From assembly GCA_015065325.1 (NCBI GenBank), contig SVQO01000007.1, positions 7,504-71,503 on the forward strand: DNA of 64,000 bases. Direction: 5' to 3'. Both the position numbers and the translations under genes were made by a program. This stretch comes from Oscillospiraceae bacterium (GTDB lineage: Bacteria > Bacillota > Clostridia > Oscillospirales > SIG627). The notes under the pieces were generated by a model, which did not search any database, was not told where the DNA came from, and worked only from the letters and a program-made list of their open reading frames with translations. Of this stretch, positions 30,581-41,548 are shown one piece after another. Position 1 is the stretch's first letter. Every line of letters begins with the position of its first letter.

Positions 30581-32320
30581 TCAGTATTCCTCTGCGATGA
30601 TTTCCACGTCGTCTCTGAATTGTTGCTCATAGAGTCTCTTATATGTTCCGCCAAGGGTGAGAAGATCCTCGTGATTTCCTTGCTCTGTGATTTTACCTCC
30701 GGAAATTACGGCAATCTCGTCTGCGTTTTTGATGGTGGAAAGTCGATGAGCAACTACAAGGGTTGTACGTCCTTTGCAAAGCTCGTCAAGGGCGCGCTGA
30801 ATTAAAATCTCGGTAGTATTATCCAAAGCACTTGTGGCTTCGTCCAAAATGAGGATGGGCGGATTTTTCAAGAAAACTCTTGCGATGCAAAGGCGCTGTT
30901 TTTGCCCTCCGGAAAGGCGTACGCCACGTTCCCCGATCACCGTATCATATCCGTTTTCGAGACTGGTTACGAAGTCGTGAATGTTTGCGCGCTTAGCTGC
31001 CTCGAGAACTTCTTCTTCCGTTGCGTCCGGCTTTCCGTACAAAATGTTATCACGGATGGACGCGTTGAACAAATAAACGTCCTGCTGTACGATACCGATG
31101 TTTTTGCGTACCGACTGGCGGGTGAGGCGAGTAAGATCCTTTCCGTCCAAAAGAATAGAGCCCTCACGTATTTCGTAAAAATTGGGGATCAGATGACAAA
31201 TTGTGGTTTTTCCGCCGCCGCTGGGACCGACCAGCGCAAATGTCTTCCCTTTATCAACGGTCAGATCGATCCCGTGAAGAACGTCCGGACCGTCATCATA
31301 ACCGCTGACAACGTTTCTGAATTCGATTCTTCCGCTCAGAATGCCTGCGTCTTCGGCGTTCTCGTCATCTTCTTCGGGCTTGGTGTCCATAATGGCGATG
31401 AACCGCTCGAAGCCTGCCACGCCGTTTTGATACTGCTCCATAAAACGGATCAGCGTGTTTACGGGATTGAGGAATAGGCTGATGGAAACGATAAAAGCAG
31501 AGTAGTCAGCAAAATTGATCTCACCCGCATATAGGAAAATACCGCCGGCAATAAGGATCACAACGTTAAAGATATCGGTGATGAAGGAAGTGGAGGAATG
31601 AAAGGTTGCCATTGCATGGTAGGAGTCCATGCTGGAGTCGATAAAGTCCTTGTTGCCGATCTCAAATTTATCCTGCTCCATATTTGCGTTGGTAAAGGCT
31701 TTGGTCACGCGGATACCCGCGATGCTGCTTTGCAAGGCTCCGTTGATGGTTGCCATTGCCTCCCGTCTTCTCTGGAAAGCTTTTCTCATTTTTTGACGCG
31801 TAATGGCGGAAACCAAAATCAATAAGGGGACACAGGCAAATACAATCAGAGAAAGCTTCCAGTTGATGGTAGTGAGATAAGTGAATGAGATCACGATGGA
31901 AATGGAACAAATGATCAGATTTTCGGGGCCGTGGTGCGCAAGCTCCGTGATCTCCTGCAGATCGCTTGTCATGCGGGACATAATCTTTCCCGTTTCGTTG
32001 GCGTCAAAGAAGGAGAAGGGAAGCTTTTCCAGATGAGCAAAAAGATCGCTTCTCATTTGCGCTTGCATGCGGATTCCCATCAGGTGACCCTTGTACTGAA
32101 TAAAAAAGTTGAGCAGCATCCTTACAAAGTACAGTCCCAGCAAAAGCATACCAAAGAAAATGATCAGTTCCCATTTTTTGTTTGGAATCAGATCGTTGAG
32201 CATAGATCGGGTCACGATCGGATATACAACACCGACCAGAGCAACGGCCAAAGAGGCAAGCATATCCAAAATAAACAGAGTTTTATGCGGCTTGTAATAA
32301 GCTAGAAAACGTTTTAACAT
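30581..32320 (-). CDS. ABC exporter, fused permease/ATPase
   Basis: N-terminal TM domain, GPSGGGKTT, LSGGQKQR, LDEATS. Confidence 0.92.
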   Translation of the reverse strand: MLKRFLAYYKPHKTLFILDMLASLAVALVGVVYPIVTRSMLNDLIPNKKWELIIFFGMLLLGLYFVRMLLNFFIQYKGHLMGIRMQAQMRSDLFAHLEKLPFSFFDANETGKIMSRMTSDLQEITELAHHGPENLIICSISIVISFTYLTTINWKLSLIVFACVPLLILVSAITRQKMRKAFQRRREAMATINGALQSSIAGIRVTKAFTNANMEQDKFEIGNKDFIDSSMDSYHAMATFHSSTSFITDIFNVVILIAGGIFLYAGEINFADYSAFIVSISLFLNPVNTLIRFMEQYQNGVAGFERFIAIMDTKPEEDDENAEDAGILSGRIEFRNVVSGYDDGPDVLHGIDLTVDKGKTFALVGPSGGGKTTICHLIPNFYEIREGSILLDGKDLTRLTRQSVRKNIGIVQQDVYLFNASIRDNILYGKPDATEEEVLEAAKRANIHDFVTSLENGYDTVIGERGVRLSGGQKQRLCIARVFLKNPPILILDEATSALDNTTEILIQRALDELCKGRTTLVVAHRLSTIKNADEIAVISGGKITEQGNHEDLLTLGGTYKRLYEQQFRDDVEIIAEEY

Positions 32321-32378
32321 AAAAGTTCCTTTCAAACAGAAATCCCCTTTGTAAAAAAGGGGATTTAATAATGCAACG

Positions 32379-32942
32379 TCAACCTATGATTTCGCCCTTG
32401 GAATTAAAGAGAGGGAGTTTTTCCAGATAGACCAAATCGTCACGATTTTGAGCATCACCTTCTGCGAGAATGGCACAACGGCCGGAAACGATACCGCCCG
32501 CCTTTTCGACGAGGATCTCGAGTGCGCGGAGCGATTCGCCGGTGGAGATCACGTCATCCACCAACAGAATTTTTTTGCCCTTCATCATTTCAGCGTCTGC
32601 GACGTCGAGATAAAGGGTTTGCTCTTTAGCGGTGGTAATGGATTTTACCTTTACCTCCATAATACCGGTCATATAAAGCTTTGGTGCTTTTCGGGCAAGA
32701 AAATATTTCTTTGCACCGCTTTGTCTTGCCATTTCGTGAATCAACGGAATTCCCTTTGCTTCAGCGGTAAGCATATAGTCAAATTCATAAGGAATCTTAT
32801 CCAAAAGTGCTTTTGCTGCAGCACAGGTCAGTTCCTGATCGCCGAAAATTACAAAACCGGCGATAGACAAATTTTCATTAACGGGACAGATCGGAAGCGC
32901 TCTTTCAAGGCCTGCGATATTCATTTTATGATAAAGCTGCAT
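32379..32942 (-). CDS. Type I phosphoribosyltransferase (APRT-like)
   Basis: AEAKG, LLVDDVISTGES. Confidence 0.88.
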   Translation of the reverse strand: MQLYHKMNIAGLERALPICPVNENLSIAGFVIFGDQELTCAAAKALLDKIPYEFDYMLTAEAKGIPLIHEMARQSGAKKYFLARKAPKLYMTGIMEVKVKSITTAKEQTLYLDVADAEMMKGKKILLVDDVISTGESLRALEILVEKAGGIVSGRCAILAEGDAQNRDDLVYLEKLPLFNSKGEIIG

Positions 32943-33096
32943 ATTTTTTCGATCCTTTCAAAAAACTGAGTATATTATAACAATTTCATCAGAATTCGTC
33001 AAGAAAAAAATGGATTTGTTTTTGAATATATCTTGACAGAGGTTCAAAAAACTGATAATATAGTAACGGAAACTAGATAGCAGAGAGGAGAAAACC

Positions 33097-33762
33097 TTGG
33101 CACAAAAAATTACACTTCCGCGTTATAGCAGAGCGGAGGAAATTTGTAATATGACTACTCATATCGTTGGAGGTGCTTTTGGCATCGTTGCGTTGATACT
33201 TTGCTTGATAAAAGCATATTTAGCCGCAAACGTTTGGGGGGTCGTCAGTTCTTCGGTTTACGGAGCTTCGATCGTTTTGCTTTTTACAATGTCCAGTCTT
33301 TATCACGGACTGATCCCGGTGAAGGCGAAAAAGGTTTTTCGTGTGATCGATCATTGCACAATCTATCTTCTCATTGCTGGAACCTATACACCCATCGTTT
33401 TGGTTTCCCTTCGTGAGGAATCACCCGTTTGGGCTTGGGTCGTATTCGGAGTCGTCTGGGGTTCTGCACTCTTTGCAATTACTTGCACTGCGATCGATAT
33501 GCAGAAGTTCCGCACTTTCTCTATGTTTTCTTATCTGGCGATGGGCTGGTGTATTTTGCTGTGTATAAAAGAATGTATTTTGGCAGTCGGTGGGAAAGGT
33601 ATGATGCTGATTTTCTTGGGAGGCGTACTTTATACCATCGGTGCGGTTTTTTACAGCATCGGTAAAAAGAAGGATGTGCCGTATGCTCATACTGTGTTCC
33701 ACGTGTTTGTTTTGTTTGCGTGCTTTCTTCATTTTGTCGCGATTTATCAATATATTCTTTAA
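33097..33762 (+). CDS. Hemolysin III/PAQR (TrhA-like) membrane protein
   Basis: EEICNMTTH, SSLYH, IDHCTIYLLIAGTYTP, HTVFH; TTG start with RBS and an upstream TTGACA promoter. Confidence 0.92.
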   Translation: MAQKITLPRYSRAEEICNMTTHIVGGAFGIVALILCLIKAYLAANVWGVVSSSVYGASIVLLFTMSSLYHGLIPVKAKKVFRVIDHCTIYLLIAGTYTPIVLVSLREESPVWAWVVFGVVWGSALFAITCTAIDMQKFRTFSMFSYLAMGWCILLCIKECILAVGGKGMMLIFLGGVLYTIGAVFYSIGKKKDVPYAHTVFHVFVLFACFLHFVAIYQYIL

Positions 33763-33873
33763 GAAAAACTCTCCTCAGTATCGATCACAATGTTCTTAGA
33801 AGAACGAAATTGAATTAAAAAAACAAAGCCTCTTTCGAGGCTTTGCATTGGCGGAGCGCATTGATCGCTCCGC

Positions 33874-35250
33874 TTATTTTATTTCGGGAAGTCCTGCCGC
33901 GGCAACGCTCTGACCAACGCGGCGGCTGTTTTCATCGGGAAGCACGATGTTGATGGAAAGTGAGGGATATTCCTCGGAAAGAACTTTTTTACAGGCTTCA
34001 ATAAAGGCTTCACCGCCTTTTCCGCTGGTTACCCTGCCCAGAAGCAGAAGGTGCTTCATTCCATAGATCGTGTGATACAGAGGAAGGGTGTGACCGAGAC
34101 AGCAACCAAGGGAACGGTAAATATCCAGCGCTTGTGCGTTACCGGCTTCAACTTCTTTCTGAACAACTTTAAGCTTTTCCGCAGGCGAGAGTGAGGGATC
34201 AAGCTTGATTCCTGCTTTGGGGGCTAATTTAATCACGCCGTCTTGCGAGAAGTATTTTACACCGCAGCCTATATCGCCGCTCCATTCATCCTCCATCGCA
34301 CAGGGATTGGCATCGATGGGAGCAAAAGCAAGCTCGTTGAGCCATCCGGTAACGTATCCCTTTTCATCTACAAAGCCTGCGGCCTCGCTGGTGCCCATTG
34401 CAATTCCGAGAACGGAATTTTCTCCAAGCTCCATAGCACCTGCCAATGCGGTAACGTCACCGTCATTTGCAACCAAAAGGGGAACGTTGCCGATTTCTTT
34501 TCCTGCGCGAAGGTATATATCCTTTACCTTTTTTTCAAAATCTTCGGGAGAAACCTTCAGAAACAGGGAAGCGAGCATCGTTCTGTTATCGACGTAAATA
34601 CCTGCAGAGCTGATTCCGATGGCATCGACGCGGGGCATTTTTGAAGCTGCGGTTTTGAAGGCTTCCACGATACCGTTGAAATGATAATCGGGATCAGAGT
34701 TGGTCTTTGGGAACCAAACGACCTCCTCGGAATAAACAACCTTTCCGTCGATGACAGCACTGACTTTTCGGTCACTGCCACCGGCATCAAAGCCAATTCT
34801 GCAGCCGTCGGTGTGTCCGCCGATGGGCATAGCAGCATCCTTCTCACAAGGCTTTTCGGAATAGGGAACGGAATGAACTGCAAATTCGGATTCATACACA
34901 TTCGACATTGTTTTCGCATCAAAAGCCCGAGAACCGTTAAGGCTGTATTGGGTTTTGATGTGTTTTGCGATCTCTTCGTTTCCGCAGATGGTAACGGAAA
35001 AGCCGCCCTTTGCCCAAAGCAAGAATTTCGTTTTGCGTTCCACGTAATACAAGTCGGCTTCGCGATGGCCTGCATCACCGTAGATGAAGGTATCAAATAC
35101 GGATATTTTTCCGTCGTTGCGTTCAATGGCGATTGCCAAGGGCTCTTTTGCTCCCTTCAAGTACTCTTGTTCCCACGCATAGAGAGGTAAAAAGTCGGAA
35201 TCCAAAAGAGGAGTGTTTTTAAGTTTGACTTCAATACCTAAATAGTTCAT
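33874..35250 (-). CDS. ROK-family sugar kinase-like protein with N-terminal extension
   Basis: GFDAGGSDRK, ANDGD, GIAMGTS; coupled to nagA. Confidence 0.8.
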   Translation of the reverse strand: MNYLGIEVKLKNTPLLDSDFLPLYAWEQEYLKGAKEPLAIAIERNDGKISVFDTFIYGDAGHREADLYYVERKTKFLLWAKGGFSVTICGNEEIAKHIKTQYSLNGSRAFDAKTMSNVYESEFAVHSVPYSEKPCEKDAAMPIGGHTDGCRIGFDAGGSDRKVSAVIDGKVVYSEEVVWFPKTNSDPDYHFNGIVEAFKTAASKMPRVDAIGISSAGIYVDNRTMLASLFLKVSPEDFEKKVKDIYLRAGKEIGNVPLLVANDGDVTALAGAMELGENSVLGIAMGTSEAAGFVDEKGYVTGWLNELAFAPIDANPCAMEDEWSGDIGCGVKYFSQDGVIKLAPKAGIKLDPSLSPAEKLKVVQKEVEAGNAQALDIYRSLGCCLGHTLPLYHTIYGMKHLLLLGRVTSGKGGEAFIEACKKVLSEEYPSLSINIVLPDENSRRVGQSVAAAGLPEIK

Positions 35251-36329
35251 TATTCATACCTCATTCCTGAAACAAATACGTCTTCGATTTCCATTTTATC
35301 GTTGACGATCAAAAGATCTGCATCAAACCCTTCGCGGATTTCTCCCTTGTTCAATCCAAGCATTTTTGCAGGGGTTTTTGTTGCCATAGTCACGGCGTCC
35401 TCAAAGGAGATCCCGATAGAAACGCAATACTTTACACATTTCCATAAGGTGGCTCCGCTGCCTGCCAATGTGTCGGTTCCCTCCAGATAAACGGCTCCGT
35501 CGCGCACGACGACGGGAATTCCTCCTGATTCTGAAACCGTTCCTTCAGGAAGACCGGCAGGACGAATTGCGTCGCTGATCAAGGTCAGCCTGTCTTTTCC
35601 GAACATTTTTAAAGCGGAAAGGATCATAGATTTGTGAACGTGGATGCCGTCGGTGATCACCTGTGCCCAGATTCCCTTTTCAGAAGCAGCGGCAATAGGA
35701 CCCGGATCACGATGGTGCAGGGGAGGCATACGGTTGAAGGTGTGAGTAAGGCATGCAACTCCCGCATTCATCGCTTCGATCGAGGTATCGTAATTTGCAT
35801 CGGAATGACCAATGCTGGCAACTACGCCCTCTGCGGTAATACGGCGGATAAAGTCCATGCTGCCGGGTTGTTCGGGAGCAATGGTGATCATCTTCACATT
35901 ATTGAAGCGCGTAAACTCTTCATAGCTTGGTGCTTTGATATGGGCTTCATTCTGCGCTCCCTTGTATTTGGGGGAAATGTAAGGTCCCTCTAAATGAAAG
36001 CCTGCAATGTGCGTGCCGGGAAAATCGGTTTTTTTATGAGTAACCGCGATCAGCGTTTCAGTGTCAGTAGTCATTGTGGTAGGGAGCCAGGTCGTGGTAC
36101 CGTTTCTTGCCAAAAAATCGCACATCGGTTCAAAGTTTCCGTCCAATGTATCCATACCGTTACAGCCGTGTGCGTGAACTTCGATCAAACCGGGGATGAT
36201 CGTTTTTCCGTCTGCGTCGTAGCCGCAAACTCCCTTATCATTATTGATGGAAGTAATGATCCCGTTTTCACATTCAATGTTGCAAATTTTTCCGTTTAGA
36301 GAAGCGTTTTTAATTACAGTTTTGTTCAT
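35250..36329 (-). CDS. nagA: N-acetylglucosamine-6-phosphate deacetylase
   Basis: PGLIEVHAHG, HLEGP, GHS, THTFN, DGIHV, LAGS. Confidence 0.93.
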   Translation of the reverse strand: MNKTVIKNASLNGKICNIECENGIITSINNDKGVCGYDADGKTIIPGLIEVHAHGCNGMDTLDGNFEPMCDFLARNGTTTWLPTTMTTDTETLIAVTHKKTDFPGTHIAGFHLEGPYISPKYKGAQNEAHIKAPSYEEFTRFNNVKMITIAPEQPGSMDFIRRITAEGVVASIGHSDANYDTSIEAMNAGVACLTHTFNRMPPLHHRDPGPIAAASEKGIWAQVITDGIHVHKSMILSALKMFGKDRLTLISDAIRPAGLPEGTVSESGGIPVVVRDGAVYLEGTDTLAGSGATLWKCVKYCVSIGISFEDAVTMATKTPAKMLGLNKGEIREGFDADLLIVNDKMEIEDVFVSGMRYE

Positions 36330-36489
36330 TTTTTCTCCTATTTGTTCCTGTGTTTAATCATATTATAGCAGATTTTGGACAAATGTCCTGTTTCTTCATC
36401 CTCTAAAATTTGCATTTTTCAGTAAAAAATCACTTGCATTTTTTTTCAAAATATTGTATTCTTAAAGTAGAAAAAAGGGAGGGCGAAAA

Positions 36490-37386
36490 ATGGAATACAA
36501 GAAAACGGTTTTGAAACGTGATTTTGAAATCTCAGATGTGATATCCGTGCATTATTTTGAGTACACCGTTGATTTTGCGTTCTCAGGTGAATTGCACGAT
36601 TTTTGGGAGTTCGTTTACGCAGATAAAAATGAGTTGATCATAACTGCATCCTCAAAGGAGATTGTCTTGCCTCAGGGTTCTATGTTTTTGCATAAGCCTA
36701 TGGAGTTTCATAACGTTCGCGGGAACGGTTCCTCTGCACCCAATTCCGTGATTCTTGCATTTTCCTCTCCTTCTCACGAGCTTTACGAGCTTGCAGGTAA
36801 GGTGATTACCTGTACTTCCCGTGAGCGGGCGCATCTTGCCGGGATTATTGAAGAAGCCTCAGCTGCTTTTTCCTCGCCATTGGGTGATCCCTACACTGAG
36901 TCCTTGATTAGAAGGAAGGACTCTTTGTTTGGCTGTGAGCAGATGATAGCCAATCATCTGGAAGGTCTCTTCATATCTTTGATCCGTCGAAGAAAAGATT
37001 GTCCCGACGATTCGCTTTTTACCGAAAAAGAGACGACCCGTCGCCGTAAAGATGAGATGCGCTTGAGTCAGATCTGTGAATACATGGAAGCAAACGTTGA
37101 AAAGGACCTGTCATCCGCCGATATTCAAAGGCAATTTTTTATCAGTGAGTCCTCCTTGCAAAAGCTATTCCAGCACAAGGTTGGATGCGGTGCAATGCAG
37201 CATTTTCAAAGAATTAAAATTGATCGTGCCAAGGAGATGATTCGAGAGAAAAAGTACAATTTTTCTGAGATTTCCGAGAGGCTTTCGTTTTCTTCCATTC
37301 ATTATTTTTCACGTCGTTTTAAGGCGATCACCGGAATGACTCCTTCTGAATATGCTTCCAGCGTAAAATCTATTTCAATTTCATGA
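36490..37386 (+). CDS. AraC-family regulator (cupin plus HTH)
   Basis: HDFWEF cupin; FSSIHYFSRRFKAITGMTPSEY. Confidence 0.93.
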   Translation: MEYKKTVLKRDFEISDVISVHYFEYTVDFAFSGELHDFWEFVYADKNELIITASSKEIVLPQGSMFLHKPMEFHNVRGNGSSAPNSVILAFSSPSHELYELAGKVITCTSRERAHLAGIIEEASAAFSSPLGDPYTESLIRRKDSLFGCEQMIANHLEGLFISLIRRRKDCPDDSLFTEKETTRRRKDEMRLSQICEYMEANVEKDLSSADIQRQFFISESSLQKLFQHKVGCGAMQHFQRIKIDRAKEMIREKKYNFSEISERLSFSSIHYFSRRFKAITGMTPSEYASSVKSISIS

Positions 37387-37392
37387 AAAAAT

Positions 37393-37423
37393 AAAGGAAC
37401 TTCGAATTTCGAAGTTCCTTTTT
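37393..37423. terminator. Terminator between convergent araC and cysK
   Basis: AAAGGAACTTCGAA/TTCGAAGTTCCTTT. Confidence 0.8.
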
Positions 37424-37425
37424 GA

Positions 37426-38352
37426 CTATTCGAACAGAGGAGTGGAAAAATATCTTTCGGCAGTATCGGGGAGTATCGTGACCACTGTTTTTCCTTTTCC
37501 GAGCTTCTCGGCAAGACGGATTGCGGCTGCTACGTTGGTGCCGCTGGAGATTCCGCACATAATCCCCTCGTACTTGGCAAGATCCTTGGAAACGCGGAGC
37601 GCTTCTTCGTCTTTAATGATGCAAACGTCGTCAATGATATTCTGATTGAGAATTTCCGGAATTACTCCGTCACCAATTCCCATCTGTACGTGAGTTCCGA
37701 TGGACCCTCCGGAAAGAATTGCGGCATTTTCGGGTTCAACCGCCCAGACGGTCATATCGGGATTTTCAGCTTTCAGCACCTCTCCGATACCTGTAATGGT
37801 CCCTCCGGTTCCGATTCCGGAGCAAAATCCGTGAATATCTCGACCGACCTGTTCCAGAATCTCGCGGGCAGTTTGTTCTCTTTGAATGGCGGGGTTTGCA
37901 GGGTTTTCAAATTGCTGCGGTACGAACACCTTGGGGTCTTCAGCTTTCATTTTCAAAGCCAAAGAAACGCACTCCTCGATGCACAAGCCGATATTTCCTG
38001 AATCGTGGACAAGAATTACCTCTGCTCCGTAGTGTTCCACAAGCTTTCTGCGTTCGACACTGACGGAATCGGGCATAATAATCTTCGTTTTATAGCCGCG
38101 TACTGCTCCAACCAAGGCAAGACCGATTCCCTGGTTGCCACTGGTAGGCTCAACGATTATACTGTCTGGCGAGATCAAACCTTGTTCCTCAGCGGTTCGG
38201 ATCATATTATAGGCAGTTCTCGTTTTGATGGAGCCGCCGACGTTTAAGCCTTCGAATTTTACTAAAATCTCGGCGCCGTTCTCAGGCGCAAGATGGCGAA
38301 GTCGAATAATGGGGGTATTTCCCATTGCGTCTAAAATGGAATTGCAAATCAT
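37426..38352 (-). CDS. cysK: Cysteine synthase family PLP enzyme
   Basis: GNTP, GGSIKTR, EPTSGN, GTGGT, GISSG, PDTAERY; true start MICNS. Confidence 0.88.
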   Translation of the reverse strand: MICNSILDAMGNTPIIRLRHLAPENGAEILVKFEGLNVGGSIKTRTAYNMIRTAEEQGLISPDSIIVEPTSGNQGIGLALVGAVRGYKTKIIMPDSVSVERRKLVEHYGAEVILVHDSGNIGLCIEECVSLALKMKAEDPKVFVPQQFENPANPAIQREQTAREILEQVGRDIHGFCSGIGTGGTITGIGEVLKAENPDMTVWAVEPENAAILSGGSIGTHVQMGIGDGVIPEILNQNIIDDVCIIKDEEALRVSKDLAKYEGIMCGISSGTNVAAAIRLAEKLGKGKTVVTILPDTAERYFSTPLFE

Positions 38353-38436
38353 TGAAATTTTTACCTCACGTATATACTTACCGCGATAGTATAACACATT
38401 ATTATTTCTTTTGCAAGGGAAAAAACAAAATGTGCA

Positions 38437-38465
38437 TTGACAAAAGAGCGAAGGATGTGTATAAT
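38437..38465 (+). promoter_or_regulatory. Consensus sigma-A promoter for pflBA
   Basis: TTGACA, 17 nt, TATAAT. Confidence 0.9.
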
Positions 38466-38471
38466 AAACTT

Positions 38472-38541
38472 GTCCTTGCGACTGACGGAGCATAGATTAC
38501 TATGGGGGAACAAGGATGCTACATAGCCGACCGTCTGGGCA
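38472..38541 (+). ncRNA. ZMP/ZTP (pfl) riboswitch; terminator expression platform at 38538-38564
   Basis: P1 UCCUUG/CAAGGA, GCGACUGACGG loop, 3' GCCGACCGUCUGGGC hairpin with GACGG/CCGUC pseudoknot; then GCAUCCU/AGGGUGC-U6. Confidence 0.92.
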
Positions 38542-38583
38542 TCCTGTTATTAGGGTGCTTTTTTGTTTTCTTAGGAGGTATTT

Positions 38584-40809
38584 ATGGATTTTTGGAGGAG
38601 TTTTCAGAGCGGAGTTTGGCAGGAAGAGATCAATCTTCGTGATTTTATTCAAAAAAATTACACGTTTTATCCCGGCGACGCGTCTTTTCTGTGCGGTACA
38701 ACTGCTCGAACCGACCGTGTACGTGCAGAGGTGGACCGTCTTTTGGTTTTGGAAAATGAAAAGGGTGGTGTATTGGACGTTGAAACGGACAAGGTGTCCT
38801 CTTTATTGACTTTTGAGCCCGGTTACGTTTTGAAGGATGATGAGATCATCGTCGGACTTCAAACCGACAAGCCTCTAAAACGCGCTGTTAACCCCTTTGC
38901 CGGTTACAGAAATGCCGTTCAGGCTTGTAAGGCATACGGCTATGAAATCGGTGAAAATATCAAAAACGAGTTTCGCTATCGTACCACTCATAATACCGGA
39001 GTATTCCGTGTCTATACGGATACGATGAAAAAAGCGCGTCACGCAGGTGTTTTAACCGGACTTCCGGATGCGTATGCCCGCGGCCGTATTATCGGCGATT
39101 ACCGCAGAATTGCTCTTTACGGAATGGATTATTTGATTGCAAAAAGACGCGAGGATAAAAAACGGATCGGCGAGCGCGAAATGACTTCCGAGACCATTCA
39201 TTTGGTAGAGGATATCGAGCGTCAGCTTGAATTTATGGGGCAGCTGGTCGAGATGGCTTCTTCTTACGGCTTTGATATTTCCCGTCCTGCAATGAATGCA
39301 CGCGAAGCGGTTCAGTGGCTGTATTTTGGCTATCTCGGAGCAGTAAAGGAGCAAAACGGTGCCGCCAACAGCATTGGAAGAATTTCCGAGTTTCTCGATA
39401 TTTATATCGAGCGTGATTTGCGCGAAGGCACCATTGATGAAACGGCCGCCCAGGAAATGATCGACGATCTTGTTTTGAAAATGCGTTTGGTTCGTCATTT
39501 GCGTACCCCCGAATACAACGAGCTTTTTGCCGGTGACCCCGTGTGGGTGACACTTTCTTTAGCAGGAATCGGCGAGGACGGCAGACCCTTGGTCACCAAG
39601 ACCTGCTACCGATTCTTGCAGACCCTTTACAATCTCGGTCCCAGCGCTGAGCCCAATATCACTGTTTTGTGGTCTCAGAAATTGCCGGAGGCATTTAAGC
39701 GCTTTTGTGCGAAGGTATCGATCGACACAGATTCTATCCAGTATGAGAACGATGACGTGATGCGCGAAGAATTTGGTGACGATTATTCCATTGCCTGTTG
39801 CGTTTCCGCAATGAAAACCGGTAAGCAAATGCAGTTTTTCGGTGCGAGATGCAATCTTGCCAAAGTGCTTTTGATGGCGTTGAACGGCGGTAAGGATGAA
39901 CTTCACGGAGAGCAGATTGCTCCCGAGGGCGAGATCTTTGCCGAAGAAGTATTGAATTACGACAAGGTTTTGAATGCTTTCAAGTCTTATGCAGCATGGA
40001 TGGCAAAGCTTTACGTGAATACGATGAACGTAATTCATTATATGCACGACCGTTACGCCTATGAAAGACTGATGATGTCCTTGCATGACGTTGAGCCGGA
40101 GCGTTTGATGGCCTTTGGAATCAGCGGGTTTTCCGTTCTTGCCGACAGTCTCAGTGCAATCAAATTTGCACGAGTTACTCCGATTAAGGACGAGCGCGGC
40201 TTGATCGTGGATTTTAAGACGGAAGGTGAGTTTCCCAAATACGGGAATGACGATGACAGAGTCGATGAAATTGCCGCTTGGATCGCGAAGTTTTTCTACG
40301 AAGAGCTTTGTAAGACTCCCTGTTATCGCGGAGCGAAGCATACCCTGTCCATTCTTACCATAACTTCTAACGTTGTTTACGGTGCTAAAACGGGATCTAC
40401 TCCCGACGGCAGAAAGAAAGGTGAGCCTTTCGCTCCCGGAGCCAATCCGATGCACGGCAGAGATGCCGAGGGTGCGCTGTCCTCTTTGAATTCAGTTGCA
40501 AAAATCAGTTACGATTGCTGTATGGACGGAATTTCGAATACGTTCTCTATTACTCCTGATGCTTTGGGTTCTGATGATGAGAATAGGATTTCTAATCTCG
40601 TTCACGTTTTGGATGGTTATTTTATTCAGTCTGCACATCACCTTAACGTAAACGTTTTAAATCGTCAGAAGCTGATCGACGCGATGGAAAATCCCGCTTT
40701 GTATCCTTCTTTAACCATTCGCGTCAGCGGATATGCGGTTAATTTCAATAAGCTTTCCAAGGATAAGCAGCTTGAAGTAATTTCCCGTACCTTCCACGAA
40801 AAGATGTAA
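38584..40809 (+). CDS. pflB: Pyruvate formate-lyase
   Basis: ACCVS active site and RVSGY glycyl-radical loop. Confidence 0.97.
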   Translation: MDFWRSFQSGVWQEEINLRDFIQKNYTFYPGDASFLCGTTARTDRVRAEVDRLLVLENEKGGVLDVETDKVSSLLTFEPGYVLKDDEIIVGLQTDKPLKRAVNPFAGYRNAVQACKAYGYEIGENIKNEFRYRTTHNTGVFRVYTDTMKKARHAGVLTGLPDAYARGRIIGDYRRIALYGMDYLIAKRREDKKRIGEREMTSETIHLVEDIERQLEFMGQLVEMASSYGFDISRPAMNAREAVQWLYFGYLGAVKEQNGAANSIGRISEFLDIYIERDLREGTIDETAAQEMIDDLVLKMRLVRHLRTPEYNELFAGDPVWVTLSLAGIGEDGRPLVTKTCYRFLQTLYNLGPSAEPNITVLWSQKLPEAFKRFCAKVSIDTDSIQYENDDVMREEFGDDYSIACCVSAMKTGKQMQFFGARCNLAKVLLMALNGGKDELHGEQIAPEGEIFAEEVLNYDKVLNAFKSYAAWMAKLYVNTMNVIHYMHDRYAYERLMMSLHDVEPERLMAFGISGFSVLADSLSAIKFARVTPIKDERGLIVDFKTEGEFPKYGNDDDRVDEIAAWIAKFFYEELCKTPCYRGAKHTLSILTITSNVVYGAKTGSTPDGRKKGEPFAPGANPMHGRDAEGALSSLNSVAKISYDCCMDGISNTFSITPDALGSDDENRISNLVHVLDGYFIQSAHHLNVNVLNRQKLIDAMENPALYPSLTIRVSGYAVNFNKLSKDKQLEVISRTFHEKM

Positions 40810-41528
40810 TGGAAGGGATTATTCATTCTATTGAGAGCCTCGCTGCAGTAGATGGAGAAGGTCTTCGATGCTGCGTGTTTTTTGCCGGGTGTCCTTTGCG
40901 TTGTGCTTACTGTCACAATCCGGATACATGGAAAATGGAAGGTACTCGAATTACACCCGAGACTCTTGTGAAGAAGATTGCTCGTTTCAAAACTTATTTT
41001 GGTGAAAACGGCGGAGTAACCTTTTCGGGCGGAGAGCCTTTATTGCATGCGGAGTTTCTGTGTGAAACGGTACCCCTTCTGAAGCGTGAGCAAATACCCT
41101 ATATTTTGGATACATCCGGGCAGGTTCTGTTATCGGAAAGTGTTATGTTCCTTTTAAAGGAAGCACAAGGAGTGCTGCTTGATCTGAAGTTTTGGGACGA
41201 TGATTCATACCGTACATATACGGGTGTCGGAATTCAAAGAACCTTGGATATGCTTCACGCATTGAATGAAATTGGTACCAAAACGGTTTTGCGTACGGTG
41301 ATAATACCCGAAGTCAATGACACGAAAGAGCATATCGCCGCATATCTTGATCTTTTTCGTGGGATTTCCTGCGTTTCGCGATACGAGCTTTTATCGTTTC
41401 ATACAATGGGGTTTTTTAAGTATGAAAAACTCGGAATTAAAAATCCATTTGCGGGGAAGTCTGCGCTCTCTGCGGAAAAACGAATTGAACTGCAGGAATT
41501 TGCGGATCTTAAAAGAAAAAACGGCTGA
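40809..41528 (+). CDS. pflA: PFL-activating radical SAM enzyme
   Basis: CPLRCAYCHNPDTW, SGGEP. Confidence 0.95.
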   Translation: MEGIIHSIESLAAVDGEGLRCCVFFAGCPLRCAYCHNPDTWKMEGTRITPETLVKKIARFKTYFGENGGVTFSGGEPLLHAEFLCETVPLLKREQIPYILDTSGQVLLSESVMFLLKEAQGVLLDLKFWDDDSYRTYTGVGIQRTLDMLHALNEIGTKTVLRTVIIPEVNDTKEHIAAYLDLFRGISCVSRYELLSFHTMGFFKYEKLGIKNPFAGKSALSAEKRIELQEFADLKRKNG

Positions 41529-41548
41529 ATTCAGCCGTTTTTTCTTTT
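41511..41548. terminator. Bidirectional terminator
   Basis: AAAAGAAAAAACGGCTGAA/TTCAGCCGTTTTTTCTTTT. Confidence 0.8.

Noticed and set aside
33097-33762. Hemolysin as a virulence factor
   Set aside because: The HlyIII/PAQR family is widespread and linked to membrane homeostasis.
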